A stretch of DNA of 64,000 nt from Penicillus capitatus (taxonomy: Eukaryota; Plantae; Chlorophyta): NCBI GenBank assembly GCA_965649825.1, contig OZ287695.1:846981-910980 (forward strand), in the 5' to 3' direction. The notes under the pieces are model-generated. The model did not search any database. It saw only the letters and a program-made list of their open reading frames with translations, and was not told where the DNA came from. This document shows positions 1 to 12,724 of the stretch, in pieces; the first letter of the stretch is position 1, and each line of letters starts with the position of its first letter. A program made the translations under genes and the position numbers.

Positions 1-2007
1 CTGTTTTGACACGACGGTGCCGGGAGGCTGGAATTTGGGAGAGCTCTGCGAAGCCGGACGTGGCTACGTCTGTTCTTCTGCAGATCTGAAGCACGAAGTT
101 GTGAACAAACGCAGCGGACAAGAGAACATGATCATCGATACTTTCTTTGACATTGCTCAACAGACCGCCTCAAAGAAACCGCTCATCATTCATATCAAAG
201 CAATATCGATCTCACTCTTTGTCACACAATTTATGCTGATGTGTTGGACAGGATGCCGAGTTGAGTGTTTTGGGCAAGGTGGATCGCTTTGGACGGTTTA
301 AACGGCGCCTGGATATGCTTAACGGTTCGGTGCTGGTGATCGGCACGACGATTCGCGAACAAAAAAAGGACAGCAATCCTTCAGGACTGTTCTCAAAATT
401 CGGTTCCCATCCGTCAGCGATGCTGGAGTTTGGATTCTTTGAGAAGCTTGGAAAATCGGACGACAAATCGGCCAACAAGGCAGAGAACACCAAATCTGTC
501 AAACTGCTGTCGCGACTGTTCCCCAATCATCTCTGTATCGTTCCACCCACGACGGAGCCGGAGCTTTCTGACTGGAAGAAGGCCATCGAGCGCGATACGG
601 AGCTGATGAACGAAGAGAGCAATCGCCGGCTCATGTCCAGCGCCATTCAGAAATGCAATGCCTACTGTCCCGATCTCGACAAAATCGCCGTACACGATGC
701 GCAGATGCCACCTGAAGACGTGGAGAAGCTCATTGGACTGTCGATTGCTAACAGACTAACGTGCAGTGGCGATCCCGAAATGCACGAAGGGAAGCTAGTG
801 ATTGGTAGGGAGGACATCGAAAAAGGCTCCGCCCTGTTCCGAGGCTTTCAGGACGAGCCGTCTTCATCCAAGGGCGATCTGCACGATGTCGTTACGGATA
901 ACGAATTCGAGAAGAGACTGCTGACGGAAGTGGTGCCTCCATCTGAAGTGGGCGTGGGATTCGATGACATCGGGGCGCTGGAGAATGTCAAAAAGACGTT
1001 GCACGAGATCGTGATGCTGCCGTTGCAGCGACCTGAGCTGTTTGCACGTGGTCAGCTATTGAAGCCCACCAAAGGCGTATTGCTTTTTGGACCTCCTGGT
1101 ACTGGAAAGACGATGCTGGCGAAGGCGGTGGCGGCGGAATCGGGAGCCAATTTCTTAAACATGAGTGTCTCCTCCATCGCTTCCAAATGGTTCGGAGAGG
1201 GAGAGAAATACGTGCGCGCCCTGTTCTCTCTGGCGCACAAGATCTCGCCGTGCGTTATCTTTGTCGATGAGGTGGATTCTCTGCTGGGAAGACGTGACAA
1301 GACCAACGAACACGAAGCCATGCGGAAAATTAAGAACGAGTTCATGGCAAACTGGGATGGACTGCGCACGAACGAACATGACCGGTGAGGACGCAGCCGA
1401 TGTGACGTGTGCCTGTTTGTGAGATCTGTTTTCTAGTGTACTGGTCCTGGCGGCTACGAATCGTCCAATGGATCTGGACGACGCAGTGATTCGGAGAATG
1501 CCTCGTCGTCTGCTGGTGGATCTGCCAGACGCTGAGAACAGGATCAAGATTCTGAATACGATCTTGCGTCACGAAGATGTGGATTCAGGATTCAGCTATG
1601 AAGAAATCGCTGCCGTGACAGATGGCTATTCAGGAAGTGATCTAAAGAATTTGTGTTTAGAGGCTGCCCTACATCCTGTGAGAGATTTTCTCAAGCGAGA
1701 GAACGAACAGGTTGCCCCTCTACCTGTCGCTGAGTCGACAGAGGACGCGACTCCCATACGCACAGACGACGAAAAACTTGTCCTTTCCTTGACGCCTAAA
1801 AAATCCAGTTCGACAAAGCATGCCGACAAGAAGGCCAAAACGGTGCAGCTACGTCCGATCAGTATGGAAGATATGTTGGACGCCGCTCGACAGATTGCCT
1901 CGAGTGTATCGAACGATGCCATCAGTATGACAGAGATTCGAAATTGGAATCAGATGTACGGCGAAGGCGGCAGTCGTCAGAAGACGCCTCTGTCCTATTT
2001 CGTATGA
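1..2007 (+). CDS. AAA+ ATPase of the spastin/MSP1-related plant-algal large AAA family; 5' end lies outside the window; introns 200-251 (GC-AG) and 1385-1436 (GT-AG)
   Basis: Walker A GPPGTGKT, Walker B IFVDEVD, VLAATNRPMDLDDAVIRRMPRR (sensor 1/Arg finger, rebuilt across intron 1385-1436), C-terminal WNQMYGEGGSR. The frame is open from base 2. Confidence 0.93.
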
Positions 2008-2563
2008 ATCTCTTGGTTTTGTTGCTCTCGGAGTTCCTTCTCTGTGTGGGTCATGCGTAAGCCATTGTCTATCGACGATGCGCTGCTGGTCGGACCATTT
2101 CTATCTAACGATCGATTGATCTCTATAAATTTCGACCGCGGTCTGTTACGACATCACATGTAATTGAGGCGGATTGGACGAAGATATAGATTGCTGATAG
2201 GCTACAAGAACAGGGTCTATTGTACCAGCATTCTCATAATGAAGAACCTCCAGCAATACACATAGATCGATGGGTCACTTGAGCAAGATCCGTCAAGGCA
2301 CGAATTTCTCTCCTGTCTTCATCCATCCATCCATTCACCCATCTCAACGGTTCCATCACATAAGCTTCTCTTTCTTTATTCTTTACCCGGACAGTACAAC
2401 GTCACAATAGTTAAGGCGATGACGCGATTCAACGGTCTGTACAGATCGCCTCGATAAGTTTTGAGTAAACAGTACTGTCCAAAAATATCAAAGATATCAA
2501 ACTTGACTCAGAATCACTATACTGCCTGCAACAATAATGCTAATACGGTACGAAAAAGGCATC

Positions 2564-3352
2564 TTACGAAGGGATGATAGGATTCTGTTCTTTGGTGAGG
2601 GAAATGTCGTCGGGTGCAAAAGACTGCAAGATGGTTCGCAGGTGAACGATCTCTCTGTCTTTTTCATGAATGATTTTGTGCAAGGTTTGAATCATTTCTT
2701 GGGAGGAGCGCAGTTTGGCATCCGTTTCTTTCAGTGTCTCATTATTACGTTCGACGGTGCGTGAGATGGCCTTCAACTGAAGTTCCAGTTCAAGATCAGT
2801 TCTATGAATTCGGTCAAGCAGCCTGGCAATACCACACACGATGGATGGCTCATAAAGCCAGGGATCCAACGCTGACACCTTTCTTGGGAATGCTTAAGTT
2901 CTCTGCATTCGTGTTGCAAACGCTTGTAGTCATCACAAGAGTAACCCACGTCATCCACACGTGTTGGCGGCACAAGTGTCGTCGTCGAAAGCATCCGCGT
3001 CGTACTAAGCATTCGAAAACGGACACCCCTGATTCCGCTGTTCGGTCGTGGCGTAAGTGCCTGCAGCAAAGAAGTTGAGTATGGGCAGAGGGCATGGTAG
3101 GACTTAGGTAACAGGTGCGTCATGTTTGTCGGTTATCCCATGTCGAACACTCGGTGTGTTGAGGTTGGCTGGCATGCGAAGCCAACCGCGAATGAACCCC
3201 CGTGTCCACGCAAAATTGTTCTCCGCGTCGTCGCCAGATTCGTTGTCCTCAATTGCGTCACTGACATAGTGCAATACTGGACGACGACTCCTGGCGTTTC
3301 GACTAAGCGAGACGCGAACCTCTTGACGCGCGCCATCCGGCATTTTCTCCAC
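2564..3352 (-). CDS. Hypothetical multi-exon protein with a coiled-coil C-terminus; exon structure unresolved
   Basis: Protein-like segments MEKMPDGARQ... (3352) and heptad-like LELELQLKAISRTVERNNETLKETDAKLRSSQEMIQTLHKIIHEKDREIVHL (2878-2564) lie in different frames, consistent with short introns. Confidence 0.35.
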
Positions 3353-3409
3353 TGCCTCCGACTCTAACCTATAGCGCGCCTTTGAATGGAAGCATGAATC
3401 GTGCGTTTG

Positions 3410-4500
3410 TTATGTTGCGTTCTTAACGGTAGACAGGCCGCGTGTATTTGCGCGAAAATGATGATGCCGACAGTCAGCTGAGATATCGACCAATACAAAG
3501 GTGGCATGCCACTGTGCTGGTCCAATACTTAAAGTACTGCATTCGAGATGCGTCGAAGTTAATGGAGAGCATGAGAATGGATGTCTCTTTGATGTCGAAC
3601 GGACGGTACGTCTCATCGAGAGCCTCTCGTCCGACGGATGGAACCGAGCTTTCCGGTAAACTTCATGTTTTTTGGACACTAGGCGATAACCGACGGCCAC
3701 GCGCGGAGAGTTTTTTGGAGGTCATGGAACCGACAAGGCAGCTTCCCAATCGCCGCCTCTGTGCAGCAGTCGAATGACGGCGGGGCGACGAAGCACACGA
3801 TGTGTGGTCGAGCCATTGGACGAAGGCCGGATCTCTGTGCTGTCGGAAACGCCTTCGAGTGTTTCGTGCACTTCTGTTATGATAGCGATGGTCTGTACAC
3901 AGGTTCTGTTTTTATGTATGTACTGTTGTCGTGCGATTCTGCTCTGCCTCGTACGGCGACGACCGTTGCGTCATCCCATGGCACCTGAATCTTCGCCAGG
4001 CGGCGCGGTTCTCTAAGGACTGCCCGCTGTCGCACAGGGCTTTCCTGATGCGGTCGCCTGCGCTGCGTATAGGGAGGTGCATGAGCGAATCCTGCTCGAG
4101 TGAGATGGCATCCTTTTCGCCCTGTGCAGAGGATGGCACAGCAAAGAGCGCGTTGGAAAGAGCGGCTCGTGTTTGTCGGGGACTTCCGAGACTGTGCCAA
4201 CAGTCGGTTCAGACAGAGCGTTCGTCGATGGTGGCGCAGAGCTGTTGATTATGTAAGGATTCGAAGGTTAGGTTAAAAAACACGGCAACTGATAACCGTC
4301 AGGTACCGACGCATGGAAGCCCTCCGAAGGCCATTCGGCCGACGGACGTCGCGCATCTCCCTCCACGTCTGCACACGGACCAGATGGATGCGGGACAGAA
4401 ACACGTCGTCTCTCGTTGCGGACGACAGGCATAGGGCCGACCTGCATTTCCCATTGCAGCCTATCTATCCATAGAAAATGGTGCCGTGCCGTCAATCGTT
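3410..4500 (-). CDS. Possible hypothetical multi-exon gene; unresolved
   Basis: Several protein-like stretches in alternating frames (e.g. GEKDAISLEQDSLMHLPIRSAGDRIRKALCDSG; ALDETYRPFDIKETSILMLSINFDASRMQYF) sit near plausible AG acceptors. No recognised motif. Confidence 0.2.
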
Positions 4501-4798
4501 GGTCTTTTCTCTGTTGTTCGATGGCGGCGCATATGTGTGCCAGTAAAGGAGAGCTCGGCCTGCGTAGCTGTCGCTATAGAACAGATAGACGCAGTTTTGA
4601 TGCCCACCTATACCCTGGACAGGACATGTCTGTGCCCTCGCACATAAAGACAACGGTAGACTGCGGCAGACAGACAACGAAAGACCTGACCACACTTTGA
4701 GGACCTCTCAGTGTACGTTCTGACGAAGAAGAGCAGCGAGAGGCGCTTTAGGACCGTATCTTTGCTTAAGGTATGCAAACATGAAGCGTGATAAAGTA

Positions 4799-5917
4799 CT
4801 AGGGTTCGTTGAACATTTGAATCTGGATTCTCTCTTCGCGAAGTTTGACACCATACAAACGCGAAATCTCGAGAAAAGCAAAAAACCAGACTGGGAGCAC
4901 GACAATAAGCGCATCGATTCCTCCCCATATAAGAACCCCGGATAACCATGCAAGACAGGATACAATGACTGCCTTGAGGAATTTACCATACGGAAAGTAA
5001 TCGGCGGAATCTTGACATCCAAAGTGAGAGGCGAGACGCGAAAACCAACGACTGTTCAAAACAGAGTCACCGCAGGTAATGCAGGAAAGGACTTCGGTGC
5101 TTTCTTCTGCACACTCTCCATTGTGCAGGCAGCGTCCGTACAGTAAGATGAAAACGAGACCCAGGCCGCCGGCAAGTCCGATGCCGAGCTCGATGCTACA
5201 CCATCCGCCAAAATGGGCAGCACAGCGCGTGAGAGATCTCTCACGGCATGCCCAGTGATGGCAGTAGCGATCCTCTCTTTGACGGCACTGGCAGAAGGAC
5301 GATTCGATTTCGTAACTGGATGAGATATTGCCCTTCCAGCTGTAACAGTACTCCCCTGTCACATCCTCCTCGAGGCAACGATAGTCTTCCGCCTCGGAGT
5401 ATCCATCCGAACTGACATCGCTGCATGACCACTGGGCACAGTAGTTCTCATTGGCCGCCGGCAGGTCACACGCACATGTCAGACTGTTGCTAAGGTAGAC
5501 ATCCTCACAAGAGCTCGAGCCGCCGTCTATTCCGCCGCCGCCTGTGCAATGGGCCTTCTTTTTGACATGCGTTGTCTCGCACGTCCATCTCGTGCAGTAG
5601 GAGAGCCTCGCTGTCGCATCGATGCATGTACAAGTACCGTGTTCCCTTGTATGCTTGCTTTCTTCTTCAGTTGTCCAGTGACGACAGTAATTGATCCTGT
5701 TGTCTAAGCAGGAATAGACTTCTGAATCCGTCGCCTTAGCATCTCTCCACAGGCCTCCTCGGTACACTCCCGACTCGGTAAAATATCCGGCGTCGCGTTT
5801 CAGTCGGTGCCACGAGGACAGATTTTTATCCAAGTCCACGAACTCTTCGTTAGAAATCTTACGAGCGGCCACAGAGAACCAGCTCATGGCGAAAAAGAGA
5901 ACACTGTACGCGTTCAT
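4799..5917 (-). CDS. Intronless Cys-rich cell-surface protein, paralog 1 (signal peptide, repeated C-x-C...YC-x2-W modules, C-terminal TM segments)
   Basis: 372-aa ORF with a hydrophobic N-terminus, about five YCxxW modules, and hydrophobic segments LGIGLAGGLGLVFILLYG and AVIVSCLAWLSGVLIWGGIDALIVVLPVWFFAF. Clear paralog at 6410-7525. Confidence 0.85.
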   Translation of the reverse strand: MNAYSVLFFAMSWFSVAARKISNEEFVDLDKNLSSWHRLKRDAGYFTESGVYRGGLWRDAKATDSEVYSCLDNRINYCRHWTTEEESKHTREHGTCTCIDATARLSYCTRWTCETTHVKKKAHCTGGGGIDGGSSSCEDVYLSNSLTCACDLPAANENYCAQWSCSDVSSDGYSEAEDYRCLEEDVTGEYCYSWKGNISSSYEIESSFCQCRQREDRYCHHWACRERSLTRCAAHFGGWCSIELGIGLAGGLGLVFILLYGRCLHNGECAEESTEVLSCITCGDSVLNSRWFSRLASHFGCQDSADYFPYGKFLKAVIVSCLAWLSGVLIWGGIDALIVVLPVWFFAFLEISRLYGVKLREERIQIQMFNEP

Positions 5918-6409
5918 CCTGTAAAGCGTGTTGTTTACTGCTCAGTAGAAACGATTAAATACTGAGGTCACACGATCTTCATGTTGAAAGTGTGTCTGCA
6001 TATCATTTCTTCTCAGCGAACAAGAAGATAGCTAAAATGGTCACAACCGTCGCCTTCAAAAAGCAGAACGGTCGACACGCACGACCCTCATCGCAACGCA
6101 CAGGCGATTCGCACCAACAGGACGCGTTTACAAAGAAACGATCACACACACGGCGGCGGTCCTTATCTGTCGCAGTGCCCCACCATCCCCTGCCTCGAAG
6201 CAGATTCTCGTCGTGATCGAGTCACAAAGACGCCATCCATCGCGCAGAATTCTCTAAAGTATGCGCACCTTGTCGTGATCCTTTGCGTCACACTTTTAAG
6301 ATGTCATTGTTGGCCGAAAATGCTCTTCGATGCTATACGTCATCACTCTTTTTTGGTCATCCGTCCGACAGTAGACAGCATCAGGAATCACTTCCTTGAG
6401 CCCACGTCA

Positions 6410-7525
6410 TTACACGTTTGATATCTCAACAGTCGAACCTGTTTGCCGAGTCCTGTTTCGGCGTTTCGTTGCACAGTCCAAACGTAAAAACTCAAAGGTA
6501 ACAAAAAACCAGATCGGTAGAACAATGATCAGCGCATCGACGCCTCCCCATATGAGCACCCCGGACAGCCATGGAAGACAGAGCAATACAATAGCAATAC
6601 AAAACCTCCAGACGCGAAAACAATCAAACGCGCCAGGACGACGCAAAGAAGAGACAGAGTCCTCGCACTCGTCGATGTGCAGCATAACACTGAGGCATCG
6701 AACGAAGGGCAGCCAATTGAAGCATCGCGTGTTCGGTTCGTATCGGAAAGCGCAGCCACACAACAACAGAAAGAGGAGACCAAAGCCGCCACCCACAAAC
6801 ACACCGACCTCCAGTCGGCACCACCCACCGAAATGCGCTCGACAGCGAATCACTGTTCTCTCGCGACATTCCCAGTACTTACAGAAACGTTCCCCTCGAT
6901 CGAAGCATTGACAGAAGGACGATTCGATGGCATACCTCGACGAGGCGTTTCCTCTCCACTGGTAGCAATACTGTCCGCCAACATCTTCGGTGAGGCACTG
7001 ATAATCCTCCTCCTCCGAATACCCATCGGAGGTGCGTTCGCTGCATTTCCACTGTGAACAGTACATTCGATTCTCGGCAGGTATCTCGCAGCTGCACGAA
7101 AGTGCATCGTCCTGTTGGCGTTCATAGCACGCCCTGCTGTGGCCTTCCGTTCGACAGTTTGTTCTCTTGCTGATATGCGACGTCAAGCAATTCCATTGTT
7201 GGCAATAGGGCTGTTCGGTTTCGGCGCACAGACATGTGCCATACTCAATCTTCCGTCGGTTCTCTTCTCTGAGTGACCATTGCCCACATCCCGTTTGTGT
7301 GATATTCATGCAGTGATAGACCTCTCGCTCAGTGTAGCTTGCGAGGCGCCACAGGCCTCCTTTCCAAACGCCGTTTTCCGTATAGTAGCCGGCATCTCTC
7401 TTCATGCGGTTCCACGAACGCAGACCCTCTCTGAAATCGCGAGACAGTTCTTCCTCTGACAGTGCTGTCGCTGAGAACGAGACCATTATCGAGACGAAAA
7501 GAAGACAACGGCGTTCTGCTAGCAT
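6410..7525 (-). CDS. Intronless Cys-rich cell-surface protein, paralog 2
   Basis: 371-aa ORF colinear with 4799-5917. Shares KRDAGY, GGLWR, SDGYSExEDY, SSxYxIESSFCQC, AHFGGWC and WLSGVLIWGGxDALIxVLP. Confidence 0.85.
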   Translation of the reverse strand: MLAERRCLLFVSIMVSFSATALSEEELSRDFREGLRSWNRMKRDAGYYTENGVWKGGLWRLASYTEREVYHCMNITQTGCGQWSLREENRRKIEYGTCLCAETEQPYCQQWNCLTSHISKRTNCRTEGHSRACYERQQDDALSCSCEIPAENRMYCSQWKCSERTSDGYSEEEDYQCLTEDVGGQYCYQWRGNASSRYAIESSFCQCFDRGERFCKYWECRERTVIRCRAHFGGWCRLEVGVFVGGGFGLLFLLLCGCAFRYEPNTRCFNWLPFVRCLSVMLHIDECEDSVSSLRRPGAFDCFRVWRFCIAIVLLCLPWLSGVLIWGGVDALIIVLPIWFFVTFEFLRLDCATKRRNRTRQTGSTVEISNV

Positions 7526-8040
7526 CTTATGGAGGCACTGAGGCCGACTCCGTTATGCAGACACGCAAAGACTTGGATAAAATCCGATTGTGCGGCGACC
7601 TGCGTTGAAGGTACTGCAACATTCCGACTGTTGCAGTGCATCGAGGTGTACAGCATCGATCCGTGCACGATCGATCGATCGTAACCGTTTCAACCATCTA
7701 TCCACATGAAAGGACGACCCTCCATCGAGGGCCCTTCACTAGCGCATGCATAGACGGTGCAGATCCACATCATCATTTGAAAAACATAACACTCCACAGC
7801 TGGCGAAGTGGAGGAGAACGCGATCGGTGTGCTTAGGCGTCGATGATGGGACGTTTACAATGGAAGGGCCTGGCTGGTTTAAAGAACGTCTATCGCACTT
7901 CCTTTTGGGCACCAATCAAATAACAACGAACATACCAGCGCGTGTTGGTTGTCAATCGAGCCCGCTAGCTGCTGGCCATTCAAATCTAGATCCAAGTGAA
8001 TATCGCATAGAGATCATCAATAGAATCGACGAAAAGCTCT

Positions 8041-9214
8041 TCAGCTTTTCTGCTTGTCCCACCAATCCATTCCCAATCTCCACAGCACCGTGAACATAAT
8101 CCCCTGCATTCCATTGGTGAGAATTTTTGTCTTCAGTCCACGAAACATCAGTCCAGATACGCCATCCTTCTGCAGGACATGCTGTGCCATACCCATCCGT
8201 CAGTACGCGATCCATCGAGGCGATGTCTCACTCTAACGACTTGTGGATAGGTCATGGGCGTCGTGGCTGTCTGTCTTGTGGTCTTGATGACTCGAATGGA
8301 ATTGGAACATGTGTCCGATACGAAAGAACTGGAGAATCCCAAAACGGCGCTGCGCATGAGCTTCTTCGCAAATTCGTCGTATTGTGGAAGATATGCATTC
8401 AAGTAATTGTACTGCATCACAGGGCACGTGATGAAGGGGTGGTTGAGTGAGGGAGTGGTCACTCACTGTAGCAAACCATGGATAATGGCCCACCGCCGTG
8501 GCCGTCGCTGCGGCCAGTGCTCCATGGAAAAGAACAGGCGGTCCGTTTGTCGAGAGCTTTCCGCCCAAAATCCGCAACCCATTCTTCCCCTCGACCTGAA
8601 TCGACACAGCTCTATGCAACGACGCATACAGGTCGCCTTCTTGCTTGGAGGATCGTCTTGCACGTGTCCACAGGCATCAGCAATATGCGAAAGGATGCCG
8701 CCGCCAACGAAGCGCTGCCTGTTTTGACGCCGAGTGGCAGAGTCGTTGTTGCCTCATAGCTGTCCAGCAATGCCAGCATGCCAGTATTCGAAGCCGTGTC
8801 TCCAAACCGACTCAGTGGCCCCTGGATGAGAGCGGGTCCCACGCCTCTGTAGAATCGCCGAACGCCTCCTTGGGCATAGAGCGTCTGCAGAGCGTGCAGC
8901 GTGCCGGTGCCATAACGGTACTGATAGTTGACCGTGGTGCGCAGCCACATGAGAGAAAGCACCTGAATACCCATGGCCACCATTCCTGGGACCCCTCCAC
9001 TCAAGGCACGCGACCCAGCGGAGGATACAATGTCGCGAAACGACTTCTCCGCCTTGGAGTACACGGAGACTGGGGCCAGTCCTTTTCCGAGGGACCCCCT
9101 GTCAAACGCCGTCGTCTTCCGGACGATGTCATGAGTGGTCGGTCGTGGTGTCGCGAGACGTTCAAGTGTCTTGGAGCCTTTGATGACGTCCCAGAAAGGC
9201 GAGACGGAATGCAT
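8041..9214 (-). CDS. Mitochondrial carrier (SLC25) family protein; three introns, the first (8644-8596) GC-AG
   Basis: Carrier-type motifs [48 protein letters not shown]|[29 protein letters not shown]. Splicing gives one continuous frame ending TGA at 8043-8041. Confidence 0.9.
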
Positions 9215-9369
9215 TCACGTAACGCTGAGGGTGGCGGCGGGGACGTAGACACGACACGGGAGAGAACGAGAGGAAGAACGACACGTCTTACACGTCAGTC
9301 ACATCATTGCCACAGCGTCACCACCGTGCAGCCTTCCTCCACGTCTGCCTCTTTGGCGAAGTGGCGCAC

Positions 9370-12300
9370 CTAAAGAGAAAAACGCCCATCGGTGTGCGTG
9401 GAGATAAAAAACGCAACAACTCGGTAGCACTGCAGAAGGTAATCCCGGATGGCGGCTATGACGTCATCGGTGCATCCATGGTGTAAGACGTAGAGAACAG
9501 CCACATCTGAACGCGTCTCCATCGCATGGTCTAGTCGTTCCAGGGCATCCTCCATGCTCTCGAACACCACACGGATGCTGTCGTTGCCGACGGCCGTCCA
9601 TACCTTACCATGCCTTTGATGTCCAAGGTGTTGGCCAATGTCCGTTCCCCGGTCGAAGGTGCTGTGGGCTGTGGTGTCTGCCGAGGCGGCACTTTGGTTG
9701 TCGTTGTCTCGCCATCTGCGTCCTGGGCGTCGATGGACTCGATGTACCAGATGGGCATATCCAGGCGCATGGTGCCGCATTCGACTCGGACAGTTTTTCC
9801 CCTTTTCTTCGACAGGACTGTCCCCAGTCGCCCGCCCAAATGCTTCAACCTTACTGTCTCGCCATACTGAGGGTACCAAGCGGCATCTGTCCCTGGAGTT
9901 CGACATCGGCGGCAAGTTCAGAGAACGAAGCACCTGGAGCGTCCGTTTCTGGATGGGGAATATGATCGAGGAGTTCCTGAAAACAGGACTCCGCTTCTTC
10001 AAAGGTCAGCTCGCCGCGCTTGACCTCTTCCAGAATCCAGTCCACCTCAGCCTCGGCTGCGCTCGGCGGTGCTGTCTGGTATGCCTCCAGCTTACCCTGG
10101 TGATGCACAGAAGGTTCAGAGAAGCTGAATGGAATGCGTCCACTTGGAGCTTCTTCTCTTTTGTCTTCATCTTCTGAAACTCCTTCTCGAGTTGACTCAG
10201 CTTCCTTTTGGCTTCCTTTTGCGTCTTGAGCAGCTCGTCGCGCATCGAAAACGTCTCTTGCAGCTTCTCCTTTAGCGATTCCTCGACATTCGCTTTCTTT
10301 TCTGCCTGCAAGATGCCAGTCTCTAACGTTTGCCTGGCTTCTTGAACGACAGCGGGGTCAAAATTCAAGGCAGCACAGACATCCAGTGCATTGGACTGCC
10401 CAGTGCTTTCCCAAATCAGCCGATACGTTGGCTTCAGTGTCGCGGCATTGAATTCCATGCTTGCATTCATAAACAGAGGGTGCGTATCTGCCAGCTCCTT
10501 GATCTCTGCATGGTGCGTCGTCGCAACAGTCAGTCCTGCGATTTGACTCAGTTCCGTCATTATGGCAGCGGCCAGAGCAGCGCCTTCTGTCGGATCCGTC
10601 CCCGTGCCGATCTCATCCAAAAGGACCAACGAATTGCTGCAGACTCTGTCGAGAATCTATGGCCGTCGATATCGCAACGGCCCGCTGCAGAGAGGGGGAC
10701 ATACGTGTGTCAGGCGGCGGACGTGTCCACTGAAGGTGGAGAGACTCTGTTGGAGACTCTGGCTGTCGCCAATGTCCGCGAAGACTTTATCAAACCACTT
10801 CATATGGACTTCGATGCTGACACGTGTCGGATCTGCCTCAACGGGAACGTAGAGTCCAGACTTGGCCATCAGGACGCAGAGTCCCAGGGTCTTCATCGTT
10901 CCTGTTTTACCGCCAGTATTGGGACCTGCCAATAACGCAACGTGTCCGGTGCATGGCTCTGGCACCGGATGGCGAGGAACCTGTCAAGGCAACGACCGCC
11001 TTTGAACGGGGAATCATGAGTTCTAGCGGCTGCGGGCGGGGATGCTGGACAGCCGTGGGTGTTTTGGCGGCTCTCTCTTTTGCCTGACCGAGCGGCAGCA
11101 CAACGGTCTCGATGCGCGGTTGGAAATCGTTTGCGAATGGCCTGTCCCCTTTCTACGCCATCCGAAGGCATGAAAGTCGGAAGCTGCGGGGATCTCACCG
11201 ATGGCGGTTTGGGAAGAGGTTCCAGTGCGCGTTCCAATAGCAATGGATGCACAGCGCCAGGAATGCACACCTGCCAATCTTCGGATCCCGCATCTGCCGC
11301 CGTCCAGAAACGTGGGCGAACACCTCCAATCCACCGTGCATACTTGGCGCGTGCATACACAATGTCCAACACCTTCACGGTTTCCATCACCTCCTTCACA
11401 GCATCGAGCTCGTCCAAAATCTGCACCATCCGCCATCGTTAACGGCTTCCCTGGCAACGCGGCACACACATGCTTCGACAGGCGAACCAGAACACGCCGT
11501 TCATGATGCCGGATTTGACTGTGCAGCAAAGCATCGCGGTTGTTGAGCTGGACGATCGGTTCCGGTTCCATGTAGACGGTCATCCCACTTGAGCTCTGAG
11601 CCAGACGAATGCTTCCCCTGACAGCAGCGACGCATGGCTGTAGGGAGCTGCGTTGACCAGAAGGATGCATCACTTGGGCAGCTGTCCCTGACGACCGTTC
11701 TTGATTGGAAGACACCGACGGCCTCGACGAAAGACCACGATGGGCCGCTCACAGACGCCTTCCTTGAACAGTCTCTGCGCCCATGCCTCTGTCTCTCTCT
11801 GCAGTTCCTCTGCATTCTTATGTCTCTCCATTCGGCGCTGTGCCAAGTCAGTGCTTGCTGCATCGAGTATGCTCCCATCCATCGCCTACAGCATTCGTTA
11901 TCTTTCAGTCGTTCCAAGATACGGTTTCGACTCGAATGCTGTGTTCCAGTGTGTCCACGAGCTTTGATGTGACAGCTGTCAGGGACCGTGCCATCTCATA
12001 CAACAAAGAAGCTTGTGCGGCATTCTCTTCAAGTCGCGTCTGCATTCGAATGGCATTGCGCAGCGTGATGCCAATGATGCTCAGCTGCAACGGCGAAAAC
12101 ACAAAGTGTGTATTCTCGGTCAACATAGCGAGTCCGGGTGTGATATCATAGACACCGTCGAAACTGCACACGTCAATGTAACGATGGATGAATTCTGAGT
12201 GTCGCGCGTACGAGAGATCCACCGATAGCGCCTGTGATGTCTGTTCAAGGAGCAATTCCGATTCCTGTCGACATGATGGAAGGTGCAGTCCGTGTGCTGC

Positions 12301-12724
12301 CAGTGCTTCCGCACCCATCGGTGTCGATGCAAAGCAAGAAACCTAATCGACACGACTCCACGAGGGATGCGATTCGCTGGATGCCAGATGCCTGACGACA
12401 GATTTCATTCCATTCCAGAACTCGCCGAGACGCCTCTTCTGTCGTCTCTTGTTGCCGTTGCGTCTCTTCTGCGACTCTTGTCGAGGAGGAATGCACGCCG
12501 ATGCCGTTATTCCTCTGCGAAGCGGCGTGACAGACGGGCGTTGTGTTCGTTCGTTCAGATCGCCGTCGTTCGCGAGGTGGACGCAACACCTGACGACGTT
12601 GGCGACAAGATGCGGCGGCGCACGATGCCTTGAACGGAGCAGACACGCGATGGCCGACCCTACCCGAGACGAAGGCGGAAGGCGCCATGATGCTTGGGAC
12701 GCGTATGACAAGACAGGTCTGCAT
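9370..12724 (-). CDS. mutS2: Plastid-type MutS2 (MutS ATPase plus C-terminal Smr-like domain), about 9-10 short introns
   Basis: N-terminal LEWNEICRQ|VSCFASTPMG, DGSILDAAS, SSSGMTVYMEP, GAVHPLL, Walker A AGPNTGGKTGTMK, DIGDSQSLQQSLSTFSGH, LDEIGTGTDPTEGAALA, TTHHAEIK, GQSNALD, TLDIKGM (Smr start). The Ser/Arg/Ala-rich leader resembles a transit peptide. The start codon is uncertain (12724 or 12688). Confidence 0.9.

Noticed and set aside
8645-9373. Long antisense or alternate-frame ORFs over real genes (e.g. 8645-9373+, 34264-34866+, 53615-54355+)
   Set aside because: They are shadow ORFs of GC-rich coding or repeat sequence with no independent protein features.
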